A stretch of DNA of 63,808 bases, counting the filler, from Thraustochytrium aureum (Eukaryota): assembly GCA_012862495.1 (NCBI GenBank). It is 7 parts of 6 records of this genome, joined end to end, with 100 filler letters (N's around TTAATTAATTAA, not from the genome) between each part and the next. Parts side by side here need not be neighbours in the genome. Positions count along the whole stretch, not along the records: positions 1 to 6,236 come from BLSG01000403.1; positions 6,337 to 23,686 come from BLSG01000404.1; 5 more parts are not named here. The stretch is one strand, 5' to 3'. This document shows, one piece after another, positions 1-10,319 of this stretch (its first letter is position 1; each line of letters begins with the position of its first letter). Below the pieces are notes generated by a model. That model was not told the DNA's origin and searched no databases. It saw only the letters and a list, made by a program, of their open reading frames with translations. A program made the translations under genes and the position numbers.

Positions 1-1
1 C

Positions 2-325
2 AATCATGCTGTGGCTCTTGCCTGCGCCGGTCTGCCCGTAGGCAAACAGCGACACGTTGAATCCTTTCCAGGCGTTCTCCAAGACATCGATGCCAAGGTC
101 GCACCAGACCTTTTCTTGCGTCGCAAACTCGGGGTGGTCTTCTGGCACGAACGAGTTGTAGCTAAAGTCAAACGTGAACACCTTTTCTGCGCCGGTCTCG
201 GGGTGCGAGATGATCGTCTGCTGCGTCTTTGGATCCATTCGAATGATGTTTTTGATTCCCTCCACCTTTTCGTACGCGTGGATGAAGGGTCGCACGCGCA
301 CAGCGACGCGCAGGGCGTCCGACAT
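2..325 (-). CDS. Kinesin motor domain N-terminus (kinesin-3 / KIF13-KIF28-like), runs off the window edge
   Basis: Not in ORF track. Manual translation from ATG at 325: MSDALRVAVRVRPF...VFTFDFSYNSF...ATQEKVWCDLGIDVLENAWKGFNVSLFAYGQTGAGKSHSMI, with the kinesin VAVRVRP motif and P-loop GQTGAGKS. Confidence 0.95.
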   Translation of the reverse strand, partial: MSDALRVAVRVRPFIHAYEKVEGIKNIIRMDPKTQQTIISHPETGAEKVFTFDFSYNSFVPEDHPEFATQEKVWCDLGIDVLENAWKGFNVSLFAYGQTGAGKSHSMI

Positions 326-1019
326 GGTTGCTCTTCGGTTGCTGTGCTCGGGAGCCGCTGGCGCCCTCCTGCGGAGGATATATGCTCGGGCGCCTCCTGT
401 TGCGCAACGCTGCTTTACACCTCGGCGCAAGGGGGTGACTCACGCCCTCGCTTGTGCGACGCTCGCCCAGCCGCAGCGGCGGCCGACGCTGCTCCGTGAG
501 AAATCTGTTCTGCACGCCGAGGTCGAGTTGGCTGTGCGCAGAAGACCGTTATGGAAGAACTTTTCGTGGTTCTGCAGCGATGTTCGCATCATGAATCGCA
601 ACGCATGCTTGGCGAGTAGAGTCTACGCTCAATTGAAAGACGCGCAGATCAGGGCCGAGAGGAAGGAAAGCCCTGCTGGCTCGGCGGATTGAGGAAATGC
701 GCAAGGTCGAGGGAGGATGCGCGCGGCCGAGGCACCCGCGCTTGCAGTCGGAAAACGTGTTGCCTGACTCGCCAGGCAGGCGAAACCAATGGAATCTGTC
801 TTCCCTACGGACAACATCGTGCTACGCTTGGACTCTGGGGGCCAACGCAGGCGTCACGGTTTGCGGATGTGGTTAGTGGGTTGCACTGCACTACGCTACA
901 AGAGAACCTTTTGGCGGAATCAACTGGGGCGACTCGCCGCGCGCCCGAAGCTGCGCGCTCGAGAAGGCCCAGACCAGCGCCATGGGGTTGGACGTCTGCG
1001 ACGAGGTTGATCGCGGCGA

Positions 1020-2929
1020 TCAAGATGGCGACTTGTAGTCCAGGAATGCGTCGAGGTTCGCCAAAATAGTTTCCACCGCGTCACGGTCCATGGGAAGCGC
1101 ACGATCGGCCAGGCTTGAACGAAGGCGGAGCCTCGCAGACCGAAGCGTCGGGAAGATCAAAAGTTCTTGGAAAATCGGGTCACGAGCGTCGTCGGAAAAG
1201 ATGTCGATCAAACCGTCTACAGCCTGCACGGCGACCAAACGCGACGAGTCACCTACACAACTCTTGAGCGCAAGTGCGACCTTTGCAAAATCCTCCTGCG
1301 CAACCTGAATGGGCCCGGGCATCCCCAAGGCAGTGAGACACCCGATAAGGTTTGCGCGCGCGTTCGGCGACGCGCTCTGGTTGGCCGCACCCACGATACC
1401 AATCAAATGAGGCTGCGAGACGCACAGGACTGGGACGGAAAGCTGCTGCGCGCGCCTGGCGAGGGGACCCAGAGAAGCGCACAGAGGGCCTCCCCCAGCT
1501 CCTCGACCGATTCGGAGCTCTCCTCTTCAAGATTGCCTTGCGCCTGGTCGTCGAGCTGCCGAGCTGCTACAATTAGCGCCATGAGACGGTACGCAAACTG
1601 CCAGAGGTCCTGTGGCCCCAGTGCCCGAAGCACGCTCTCGCTGGCGTTTTGCACAACATTGTCCAGAAGGCCGCAAGCGCGTGGGCCGATGCGGCCTGCT
1701 AGTGGCGATTCGAGGTCGGCCTCGCACTTCTCCAAGAGGCCGGCGACAACTTTGCAGAGTGGTGCTTGAGCGATAACGTCGGCAGCGGCTTGAGCTGACC
1801 TCGTCGCGTACGAGTCGAGCTCTGCGCTGTCGAGTCCGCTGACCATACTGGAGCAGCTGTTTGTGAGGATCTCGAGAACAAGGCCGTGGGGAGCGTCTGC
1901 TGCTCCCGCGTCGATCGCGGTGTCGGCAAAGATGGCTGTGCCAAGCGCAACTTGGCGAGCGAAGACCTTGGCTGGGTCGACCGTCACGGGGTTAGCGAGC
2001 TGTACTGCGACTGCGCCTAGTGCCCCGGTGCAGTGTAATGCGGCAATGGGCGAGCGCTGCATGAGGGCACCGTCCACGCAGGCCGCTTCCAGGCGTGCCA
2101 GGACAGCTCCGTTGCCAGCGGAGGCGAGTCGAGTTGCAAGGGCGCGGTTGCCGTCCAGGGCGATGTCTAACAGTTCAGCCGTTGCGCACGCAGCGAGCTC
2201 GAGCGCTGGTTCCTGATGTGCAAGGAGCTCACCCAGCTGAATGAGGACGGCATCGTCCTCGAGGGCCCGCACGGCGACCTCGGAGGCGTTGCACAGGAGA
2301 CACAAGAGCTCGATTGCGTGGCCGAGCGTCTTGAGGCGCATAGACTGCTCGTCGCTTCCAGGCGAGGAGAGCCTTGTCGCATCGGCGGCAACCTCTCGAG
2401 TCAAAATCGTGCCCCCGGGCCCGTTGCGGACCACTGCGAGAGCTGCGGTGTGAATCCCGTCGGCAACCATCTGTTCCGCAACCACCGGGCAGGCAGTGAG
2501 AATCGTGGACAGTGCGCCACATGCGTGCAAGCGGACTTGAGCGTCAGCGTCTGTGACACGTTTCATGAGCACCCGGAACGCGCCGCTCGCGACGAGGTCA
2601 TCCACGAGGTCGCCCTGCTGCTGCTTACGCGTAACATTGCGGAACTGGTCTGTGGGTTGAGGGGGCGCGGGGGCTGGGGCCTGGTCCACTGCCACAGCGT
2701 CGCTCATTGCCTCGTCCTCTGCGTTGGTGGCCTCCAGTACTTGAGCGACGGACGGGTCGAGGTCTCCAAACAAGTTGCCGAGGGCGATGCATCCTTGGAG
2801 CCGCTCTTCCGTCTCGCTGCTGTCTAGCTTGTGAACGAGCGCGAGCGTTGCTTTGGAGCGCGCAGCACCGGCGGCCTTGGCTTTGCCTTTGCCGGCGCGG
2901 CCCTTCTTGGCGCGTTTGACCTTGCCCAT
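1020..2929 (-). CDS. HEATR3: HEAT-repeat protein HEATR3/Syo1-like (ribosomal protein import adaptor), frameshifted at ~1463-1466
   Basis: Basic MGKVKRAKK N-terminus, ARM/HEAT helices (ERLQGCIALGNL, VRLHACGALSTI). The C-terminal part is in ORF 1020..1406 (AVDGLIDIFSDD...LANLDAFLDYK); correcting the G4 run joins the frames as LLWV(L)ARRAQQLSVPVLCVSQPHLIGIVG. Confidence 0.7.
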
Positions 2930-3027
2930 CTATCTTCTACCTTCAGGATCCAACTGGAGAGTAACTCTCCACGACAGGCTAGCTGCCTTGGCTGCCTCGC
3001 GCGCTCCACGGCTGTTGTCTCCCGCTC

Positions 3028-3066
3028 TGCTGCTGCCGCTGCTGCTGCTGCTGCTGCTGTTGCTGC
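3028..3066. repeat. (CTG)n microsatellite upstream of the HEATR3-like gene
   Basis: ctgctgctgccgctgctgctgctgctgctgctgttgctg. Confidence 0.85.
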
Positions 3067-4889
3067 ACGGTGAGAAGGCGCTCGCCTCCTGTTCGATTGA
3101 CGAACGAAAAGCGTTCCGCTCCCGCCTGCGAAACGATTCTGCTTCTGACAAGTTGTTCGACATCATGATGACGGCCTCGCCTCGCTCAACAAACTTTGAC
3201 CCGCTCACAGGCCTGCTGGTTGACGGCGTAGGAGCGCGAGCGCCTGAAGGCTTGCAAGAGGCACGTGCAACGGAGGCCCAATAGAAGGTTGGCCGGCCAG
3301 CGCCTGCACAAGGGTGTTTTCCCAGCCGCGCTTTGGGTACAACAACCACGGCCTGTCGAGTCAGCTCAGGCTATCCCCGTCGCTGGGCACAGCAAGCAGC
3401 CGCGCCTCTCCTTGGAAGCTTGTTGGACCTCGAGTCGGACGCGGAGCCCGCAACTCAGCCGCCTCGAGATCGTGCGCAAGCTGGCGTCCAAGTTGTCCCC
3501 ACGAAAGCCACTTGCCACTTGCAGGAAACACGGCCGCGCTGGGTCCCTTTCGTCGCCTTCGTCGAGCGTCGTCGTCGTCGGCCGCCTCGTCCGCTTCAAC
3601 GTACTCAGTAGGTATCGCTTGCACAAGAGGCGGCGGTGCAAGGAAGACAATGCAAGGAAATTGGACAAGAAGAAGCAACGAAGTAANNNNNNNNNNNNNN
3701 NNNNNNNNNNNNNNNNNNNNNNNNNNNNNNNNNNNNNNNNNNNNNNNNNNNNNNNNNNNNNNNNNNNNNNNNNNNNNNNNNNNNNNNNNNNNNNGGTCGC
3801 AAAGGCGAAAGGAAGAGCAGCAAAAGAAAATCGGTTCGGAGGGAAGGACGCGAGCGCAGCAAACCAGACGAAACGATGAAGAAGCAGCGGTGGTGGATGT
3901 ATTGCAATTTCAATGAATCAACCAACCATCAAAACCGGTCTTGTTCAGTCGAAACCCAACCGTGATGGACTTGGTGATTTTCAAAGAGCAACTCCGACAG
4001 ACGAAGTGCCATGGCAGGCTGATCACCACCACGCATGAAACCAACTGGACGACATCCGTCGCGCGACACACCCCGTGTAGGGAGAGAAAGCTGTCTATGG
4101 ATGAGAAACCGAAAAAAAGCTCGGCCATTCGAGATGAGCAAACAGCAAGGCCAAGCAAACAGCAAGGCCAGCAATTAGCAAGGCCATAAACAACATCCTA
4201 AACGCCATGTCTGGAGCATGAAGCCAATAAATGCAAAGTTCGCTTTCCTTGGGAGACAGGCACATAAACCCAATAATTCACGTTTCCTTTCTCCTACCGA
4301 AACGCAAAGAGATCTTGAAGATCTGACTATGCAGTACCCACCGGTACCTCGCAAGCGCGGGCGGCTCCGTCAGGACTTGTCGTGCAATATGGATCCTAAG
4401 ATGCATCCTGCTTTCTCGTCCCTCGTGACAACCGTGACAGGAGACGCTGCTTGCTTTCTGTGTCCGCCCAATCAACGCGCATGCCCACACGGTCTGCAGA
4501 AGCAAAGAAGGAACTTCAGCGTTGAGGAGCGGGCGGCCAGTCTGTCTGCTTGGCGGGCGGGTGGGTGGCCTTGGTCGAGCGAGTCTCGACAATCAACGAC
4601 CGCGGCGGAGTTGACTGTGGTCACCAGCGCATGCGCGCGTGGTGGGAGCCCGCTTGGCTGCCTGCCGAGAGCGAGTTGCTTGTGCCTACCGTCGATCGAT
4701 AGGTTGGTAAGTAACATTCAGACAGCTCTTGCGCCGTGCGTGGGTGGCGCAGACGCTCCAGAGCTGCCGTGCGCACGGCGAGCACAAGTCGAATCGGCGA
4801 CTCACTGCCGGCGCCGCTTCTCGGGTGGCCGAAACGACTTCAGGAGGCGAGGGAGCTCTGTGGGAAAGAAACAGCGCACGTGCCACGTT

Positions 4890-5947
4890 ATGTCAGCAAC
4901 TGCGACCACGCAAGCCCTGCGAAGAGCTGCTCGGCGCGCAACTGCGCTAGCCGCATGCTGCGGAGCGGTCTACGTAGGGCCATTCTTGCCCAGCCCGGTT
5001 GTTTGGCCAAAGGCCGCGAGCAACCTGGCCAAGTCAGCTTCGCGCTTTGGCCGTGGCCCTGTCACCGACAGCAGCACACCGCTGCCCCTCCTCGCAGGCG
5101 GTAGCCTCGCGGAGGATGAGGACGACGCAGATGGCAAGGCGCTCTCCGAGGCGGACCGACAAAAGCCAAAGTTAGTGTCAGTGATCATCCCCGTGTACAA
5201 CGAGGGCTTTGAGAGCCTGTGTCGCCTCGTGCACGACGTCTACGCGGAAACCACCTCAAAGTACCACACCGAGCTGATTCTGGTGGATGGCGGCTGCAAG
5301 GATGATTCTTTCTTGCACTTGGACAAGCTCGTGGAGGGTTTGGAGCTCATCCACAGCGTGAGAATTGTGACCGCGTCGGGCGGGCGAGGGCCCGCCCTGG
5401 CCCCGCGGCGCCGGGGCGGCGCAAGGGGATATCTTGCTTTTCTTGCACGCAGACACCAGAGTGCCCAGAGGGTACGACGAGGTGTTGCGGCGAGAGCTGG
5501 GCAGGCCGCAGACCGGCCATGTGCGCGTTCACCTTTGCAGTAGATCGTTCGGCGCTGCGTGGCACGCCAGAGGAGAAGGAAGTGCTGTCAAAAGCACTTT
5601 CTCGGCTCGAGCGGGCAACAATGTTTCGCTCCGGCTGGCTCTGGCTCCCATACGGGGACCAGGCTCTTGCTGTAACACGCGCCACGTATCGCGAGGTTGG
5701 CGGGATCCGCCCTCTCGCCATGATGGAGGACTTTGACTTTGCTTCGCGGGTCCGCCGTCTCGCCCTTGAGCGAGGTCGACGAGTTGCGACCTTGCCACAG
5801 CAGGCGTATTGCTCTCCGCGTCGATGGGAGGCTAGTGGCGTTGTTGCCAACACTTGTCGGAACTGGGCCTTTGTAGCGGCGTACGTGTGGGGTGGGGTTG
5901 ATCCGCAGCGTATCTTTGCCTGGTACTATGGCAGCAAGCCGAGATAA
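4890..5947 (+). CDS. Glycosyltransferase family 2, TIGR04283-like (rSAM/arsenosugar-associated type); two single-base frameshifts (~5401-5404, ~5513)
   Basis: SVIIPVYNE, ELILVDGGCKD, GRGPAL, GDILLFLHADT, LPYGDQAL, GGIRPLAMMEDFDF, SPRRWE across three frames that join after removing one base at each site; N-terminal extension of ~90 aa. Confidence 0.85.
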
Positions 5948-6236
5948 GGGCGGGCGGCGCATGGCCGAGCAGCTCTACTCGACGATGCCTTTGATTGTCC
6001 AGAACAGACAAACCTACTCCTCTACCTTGTGCCTCTACCTTGTGTCCTACTACTTGCAAAACGAGAACTCGAACTGGCATTCGCGCGCGGGCTTCCGCAC
6101 GCGAGACGAAAATTGAGCTCAAGCCAGCCACAACAAGGAGGAGGAGGTTTGGCTCGCTGGGGCGCTGGCCGACCAGACAGATGAAGGGAGCCAGGCTGGA
6201 GCCGTCGCTTACGCTTCGCACGCCCGAATGCTCAAA

Positions 6237-6336
6237 NNNNNNNNNNNNNNNNNNNNNNNNNNNNNNNNNNNNNNNNNNNNTTAATTAATTAANNNNNNNN
6301 NNNNNNNNNNNNNNNNNNNNNNNNNNNNNNNNNNNN
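6237..6336. other. Artificial scaffold spacer (44N + TTAATTAATTAA + 44N)
   Basis: Six-frame-stop linker at 6281-6292; an identical 100-bp structure recurs six times. Confidence 0.97.
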
Positions 6337-6488
6337 CGGAGATCGTCATTGCTGGCAGACTGTCAACGAGCACCAGTGTTGCACAAGGCAGGCGGAGGTC
6401 GTCATTACCCTAGCAGGCCGTCAACGAGCACCAGTGTTGCCCAAGGCAGGCGGAGATCGTCTTTACCGGCAGAGTGTCAACGAGCACG
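6337..6488. repeat. Degenerate 56-58 bp tandem repeat, ~2.7 copies, at scaffold start
   Basis: Units start at 6337, 6393 and 6451 with cggag(a/g)tcgtc...gtcaacgagcaccagtgttgc(a/c)caaggcagg. Confidence 0.8.
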
Positions 6489-6674
6489 CGAGAGTCGAAC
6501 GCCATCGGCAGGGTGTCGCAGGTCGCCAAGGCCGTCAGTCAGGCAGGCAGTCGAGCGAGCACACAACCCGCGCCAATCGTTAGCGTAGGGCCTGGCCGCC
6601 AAAGCGCAGTCGAGGGGCGCGGTGAGCCGTGTCCAGAGGTTGCAGGGCTTGGTTGAGCCCGAGGCGCGTCCGCG

Positions 6675-7292
6675 ATGTCGCAGAGCCCGCTGGACTTGAA
6701 CAAGTATCCGACGATTGCTTTCAGCGATGCGGTGAACAGCGCGTGCTGCTGGGCGGCGTGCTACATGGCCCTCGAGAAGGGTCGCGAGGACGTTGCGGTC
6801 GGTGCCGGAATCGTGGCCCTGGCATCCACGGTCGGGACGCTCAGGTTTGGGTTCGCGCCCAAGCAGTTGGCCCACTGGAACAACCTGTTGGCTAGCTTCG
6901 GCGGCACCGTGGGCGTGCCGCTGATCGGGTTTGGGTTCGCCCGGTCGCGCGGGGTGCTCACAGAAATCCTGCAGAGCGACAGTGACGCGTTCCCGGTCAA
7001 GCTCAGCGTGGGCATGGCGCTCGCCGGCGTCATGATTCGAAGGGCGGGCAAGCCCAAGCTCGAGGAGCTGTACACAACCCTGCTCTGTGTCGCCTCGATG
7101 GGCTGCCTTCTGTACGGCGAGGGCTTTATGGAAAACCCGATGGCGGTTGCGGCGGTCAGCACGTTTGTCTTTGCGGGTGTGGTGGTCGGCTCGGATCGCC
7201 ACAGGTACACGTTCGGCGTGCGGCACGAGAACTGGTTCCACTACTTGCTCGGCGCGAGCATGCTCATGTTCGGCAAGGCTCTCGGTGCCTAG
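6675..7292 (+). CDS. Small ~7-TM membrane protein (TMEM276/DUF6962-like, tentative)
   Basis: 205-aa ORF with about seven hydrophobic segments, ASTVGTLRFG and C-terminal HENWFHY; strong GC3 bias. Confidence 0.65.
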   Translation: MSQSPLDLNKYPTIAFSDAVNSACCWAACYMALEKGREDVAVGAGIVALASTVGTLRFGFAPKQLAHWNNLLASFGGTVGVPLIGFGFARSRGVLTEILQSDSDAFPVKLSVGMALAGVMIRRAGKPKLEELYTTLLCVASMGCLLYGEGFMENPMAVAAVSTFVFAGVVVGSDRHRYTFGVRHENWFHYLLGASMLMFGKALGA

Positions 7293-7674
7293 GCAGCGCG
7301 TGCCTGGGTGCTGACGGTGCTCTGCACTGGAGGCGCCCCCGTGCGCCTGAACGGCCAACGAAANNNNNNNNNNNNNNNNNNNNNNNNNNNNNNNNNNNNN
7401 NNNNNNNNNNNNNNNNNNNNNNNNNNNNNNNNNNNNNNNNNNNNNNNNNNNNNNNNNNNNNNNNNNNNNNNNNNNNNNNNNNNNNNNNNNNNNNNNNNNN
7501 NNNNNNNNNNNNNNNNNNNNNNNNNNNNNNNNNNNNNNNNNNNNNNAACGAAACTCAGAGATATTTAAAAATGATTGGTGGTGTGCCCATCCATTTCTGC
7601 TGCCTCAGGAACTCGTCGCTTGTCCCTTCAGGAACTCGCCGCTTGTCCCCGCCGAGGGCAAAAAACTGCAAAAA

Positions 7675-8840
7675 TCACATTTTAGAGCGCCCAGGGAACG
7701 CGATGTCCTTGACGTGGTTGTACTTGCCGTACTTTTCGATGTTGGTGTTGATCCCGCTGATCGCGATGCCGCGGTCCGAAGGGGGCATGTCCATCTCCAT
7801 CTTGGCGATCGTGTTGAGATGCACAATGTCCGGGCCGTCGGCCACGCGCAGCGTGCGCAAGTTGGCGTAAATTTCCGACAGCTTGCTGTCCTGCGACACG
7901 CCATGCGCGCCGTGGAGCTGGATGGCCTCGTCCACGATCTGCAGCGCAGCCCGGGGCGCCGAAAGCTTGATCATTGCAATGTACTTGCGCGCGTCCTTAA
8001 AGCCGCGCTCGTCCGCGATGCAAGCGGCAAGGTAGCACATCTGCCTGTTCATCGTGATGGCGAGGCGGGCCTCGGCGATAGAGGCGCGCACCATGTCCTT
8101 CTTGGCCAGTACCTTGCCGAACGCCTTGCGGTTCTGGGCGCGGTAAACCATCGCCTCCAGCACGGCCTCGGCGAGGCCGATCGTGCGCATGCAGTGGTGG
8201 ATGCGGCCCGGGCCCAGACGCCCCTGAGCGATCTCAAACCCACGCCCTTCGCCAAGCAGCATGTTGGACTTTGGGACGCGGACATTGTCGAAGATGATCT
8301 CGGCATGGTCGTGCTCGTGGCCAAAGACTGCCAGCGGGCGCAAGATGTTGACGCCAGGGGCGTCGCGCGGGATGATGATCATGCTCTGCTGCGTGTGCAG
8401 CGGCCCGTCGAAGCGGGTCTTGCCGAGGAAGATAAACACCTTGCACTCGGGCCGGCACGCGCCGCTAATGTACCACTTGTGCCCGTTCACGACGTACTCG
8501 TCGCCGTCGGCGACGATACTGGACGAGATGTTGGTCGCGTCGCTCGAGGCGACGCCTGGCTCGGTCATCGCGAAAGCGGACCGGATCTCGCCGTTCAGCA
8601 GAGGGACGAGCCACTTTTCCTTTTGCTCGGCGGTTCCGTACCGCTCAAGAACCTCCATGTTGCCCGTGTCCGGAGCGGAGCAGTTCATCGCGTAGTTGGC
8701 CAGAGGGTAGGCGCCGAGGATCTCCGCGATGGGCGAGTACTCGAGCACGGTAACTGCGCAGTCGGGCATTGTTAGCTCCTCCTGCGTCAGCAGGCTCGCG
8801 GCTCCGCGCCCTCCCTTCAAACTTACGTCCGCAGACCTCC
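7675..8840 (-). CDS. Acyl-CoA dehydrogenase, ACAD10/ACAD11-like (5' part lost in N gap); intron 8754-8826; PTS1-like C-terminus
   Basis: [75 protein letters not shown]; the GTAAGT...GCTAAC...CAG intron restores GLTVLEY; ends in -SKM. Confidence 0.93.
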
Positions 8841-9539
8841 NNNNNNNNNNNNNNNNNNNNNNNNNNNNNNNNNNNNNNNNNNNNNNNNNNNNNNNNNNNN
8901 NNNNNNNNNNNNNNNNNNNNNNNNNNNNNNNNNNNNNNNNNNNNNNNNNNNNNNNNNNNNNNNNNNNNNNNNNNNNNNNNNNNNNNNNNNNNNNNNNNNN
9001 NNNNNNNNNNNNNNNNNNNNNNNNNNNNNNNNNNNNNNNNNNNNNNNNNNNNNNNNNNNNNNNNNNNNNNNNNNNNNNNNNNNNNNNNNNNNNNNNNNNN
9101 NNNNNNNNNNNNNNNNNNNNNNNNNNNNNNNNNNNNNNNNNNNNNNNNNNNNNNNNNNNNNNNNNNNNNNNNNNNNNNNNNNNNNNNNNNNNNNNNNNNN
9201 NNNNNNNNNNNNNNNNNNNNNNNNNNNNNNNNNNNNNNNNNNNNNNNNNNNNNNNNNNNNNNNNNNNNNNNNNNNNNNNNNNNNNNNNNNNNNNNNNNNN
9301 NNNNNNNNNNNNNNNNNNNNNNNNNNNNNNNNNNNNNNNNNNNNNNNNNNNNNNNNNNNNNNNNNNNNNNNNNNNNNNNNNNNNNNNNNNNNNNNNNNNN
9401 NNNNNNNNNNNNNNNNNNNNNNNNNNNNNNNNNNNNNNNNNNNNNNNAGCCTCATGAACATCAATCACCAAGCTCTCGCTTCAGGCGTGCGTGCGAAGAA
9501 TCGCCACTCCGCTTTCCACCACGTCCAACTACTCCAGAT

Positions 9540-9600
9540 AGCAGGCAGACTGGCAGACTGGCAGGCAGGCAGGCTGGCTGGCTGGCTGGCTGGCTGGCTG
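9540..9600. repeat. (GGCA)n/(GGCT)n tetranucleotide microsatellite
   Basis: gcaggcagactggcagactggcaggcaggcaggctggctggctggctggctggctggctg. Confidence 0.85.
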
Positions 9601-10319
9601 GAGAAGGCAAGCCAGCCTTCACGGAGCTGGGCAGAACACCCCACGCGGCGGCGCATGGCGCGATCGATCGCAGGAACAGACACAACATCCGCCGCGCCAA
9701 AAGCTCCTTCCGCTCCTTGCAAACGCCTCGCGAGCAAAGCACACGCAAAAATAAGGCCCGAGGGGGTTCCCCGAACACCTGACTCTCAAGGCCCGGCGCT
9801 TCAGCTAGAACCTTAGTAAATACCAAAACTCAATACAATAATAGAGAAAGGTGGGAAGTCAAGAGTAGCGCGTGCTTCCAGATCCGTTGGATCCGTTGCG
9901 AACGGTGACAAACGGTCTGCTCTGAACTGCTGGTTTTGTCTTCGAGGATGGACGGCGGCCCCGAGCGACCGCTGCGGGCAGGCTTGCAGCACGCACGGCA
10001 AGGACCATCTTGACAACTGAAACAGAAACAGCGTGGATCTGTACTGCACGCTGCGGCTCGGTGTGCTGCATTGGCGCCGCGCCTTGCGCATCTGTCCTGA
10101 ATTCTCAACTCCGCAGAGCGTTTTGATTGGCACCGTCCGTGGCACGCTCGCGCCGTCCTTCGGCGCGCAATCGGTCTTGCCTCCACGCTCCGGGTTTGAT
10201 TCCGCGGTGTGCCTGCTGTCGGTCTTGCGCCGCGGGTTGCGCATGCACGGCAGGACGCGCGCACGGTCGAGGCTTGCTCGGCGCGGGTCGCTCGCGGACG
10301 AGGCGCGCCACTAGAGTCG

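Noticed and set aside
4218..4889. 5' extension of the 441-aa ORF ahead of the glycosyltransferase
   Set aside because: Composition and translation look non-coding; the ATG at 4890 is a more plausible start.
6337..6488. Repeat-spacer pattern suggestive of CRISPR
   Set aside because: The whole unit repeats with scattered substitutions; there are no unique spacers.
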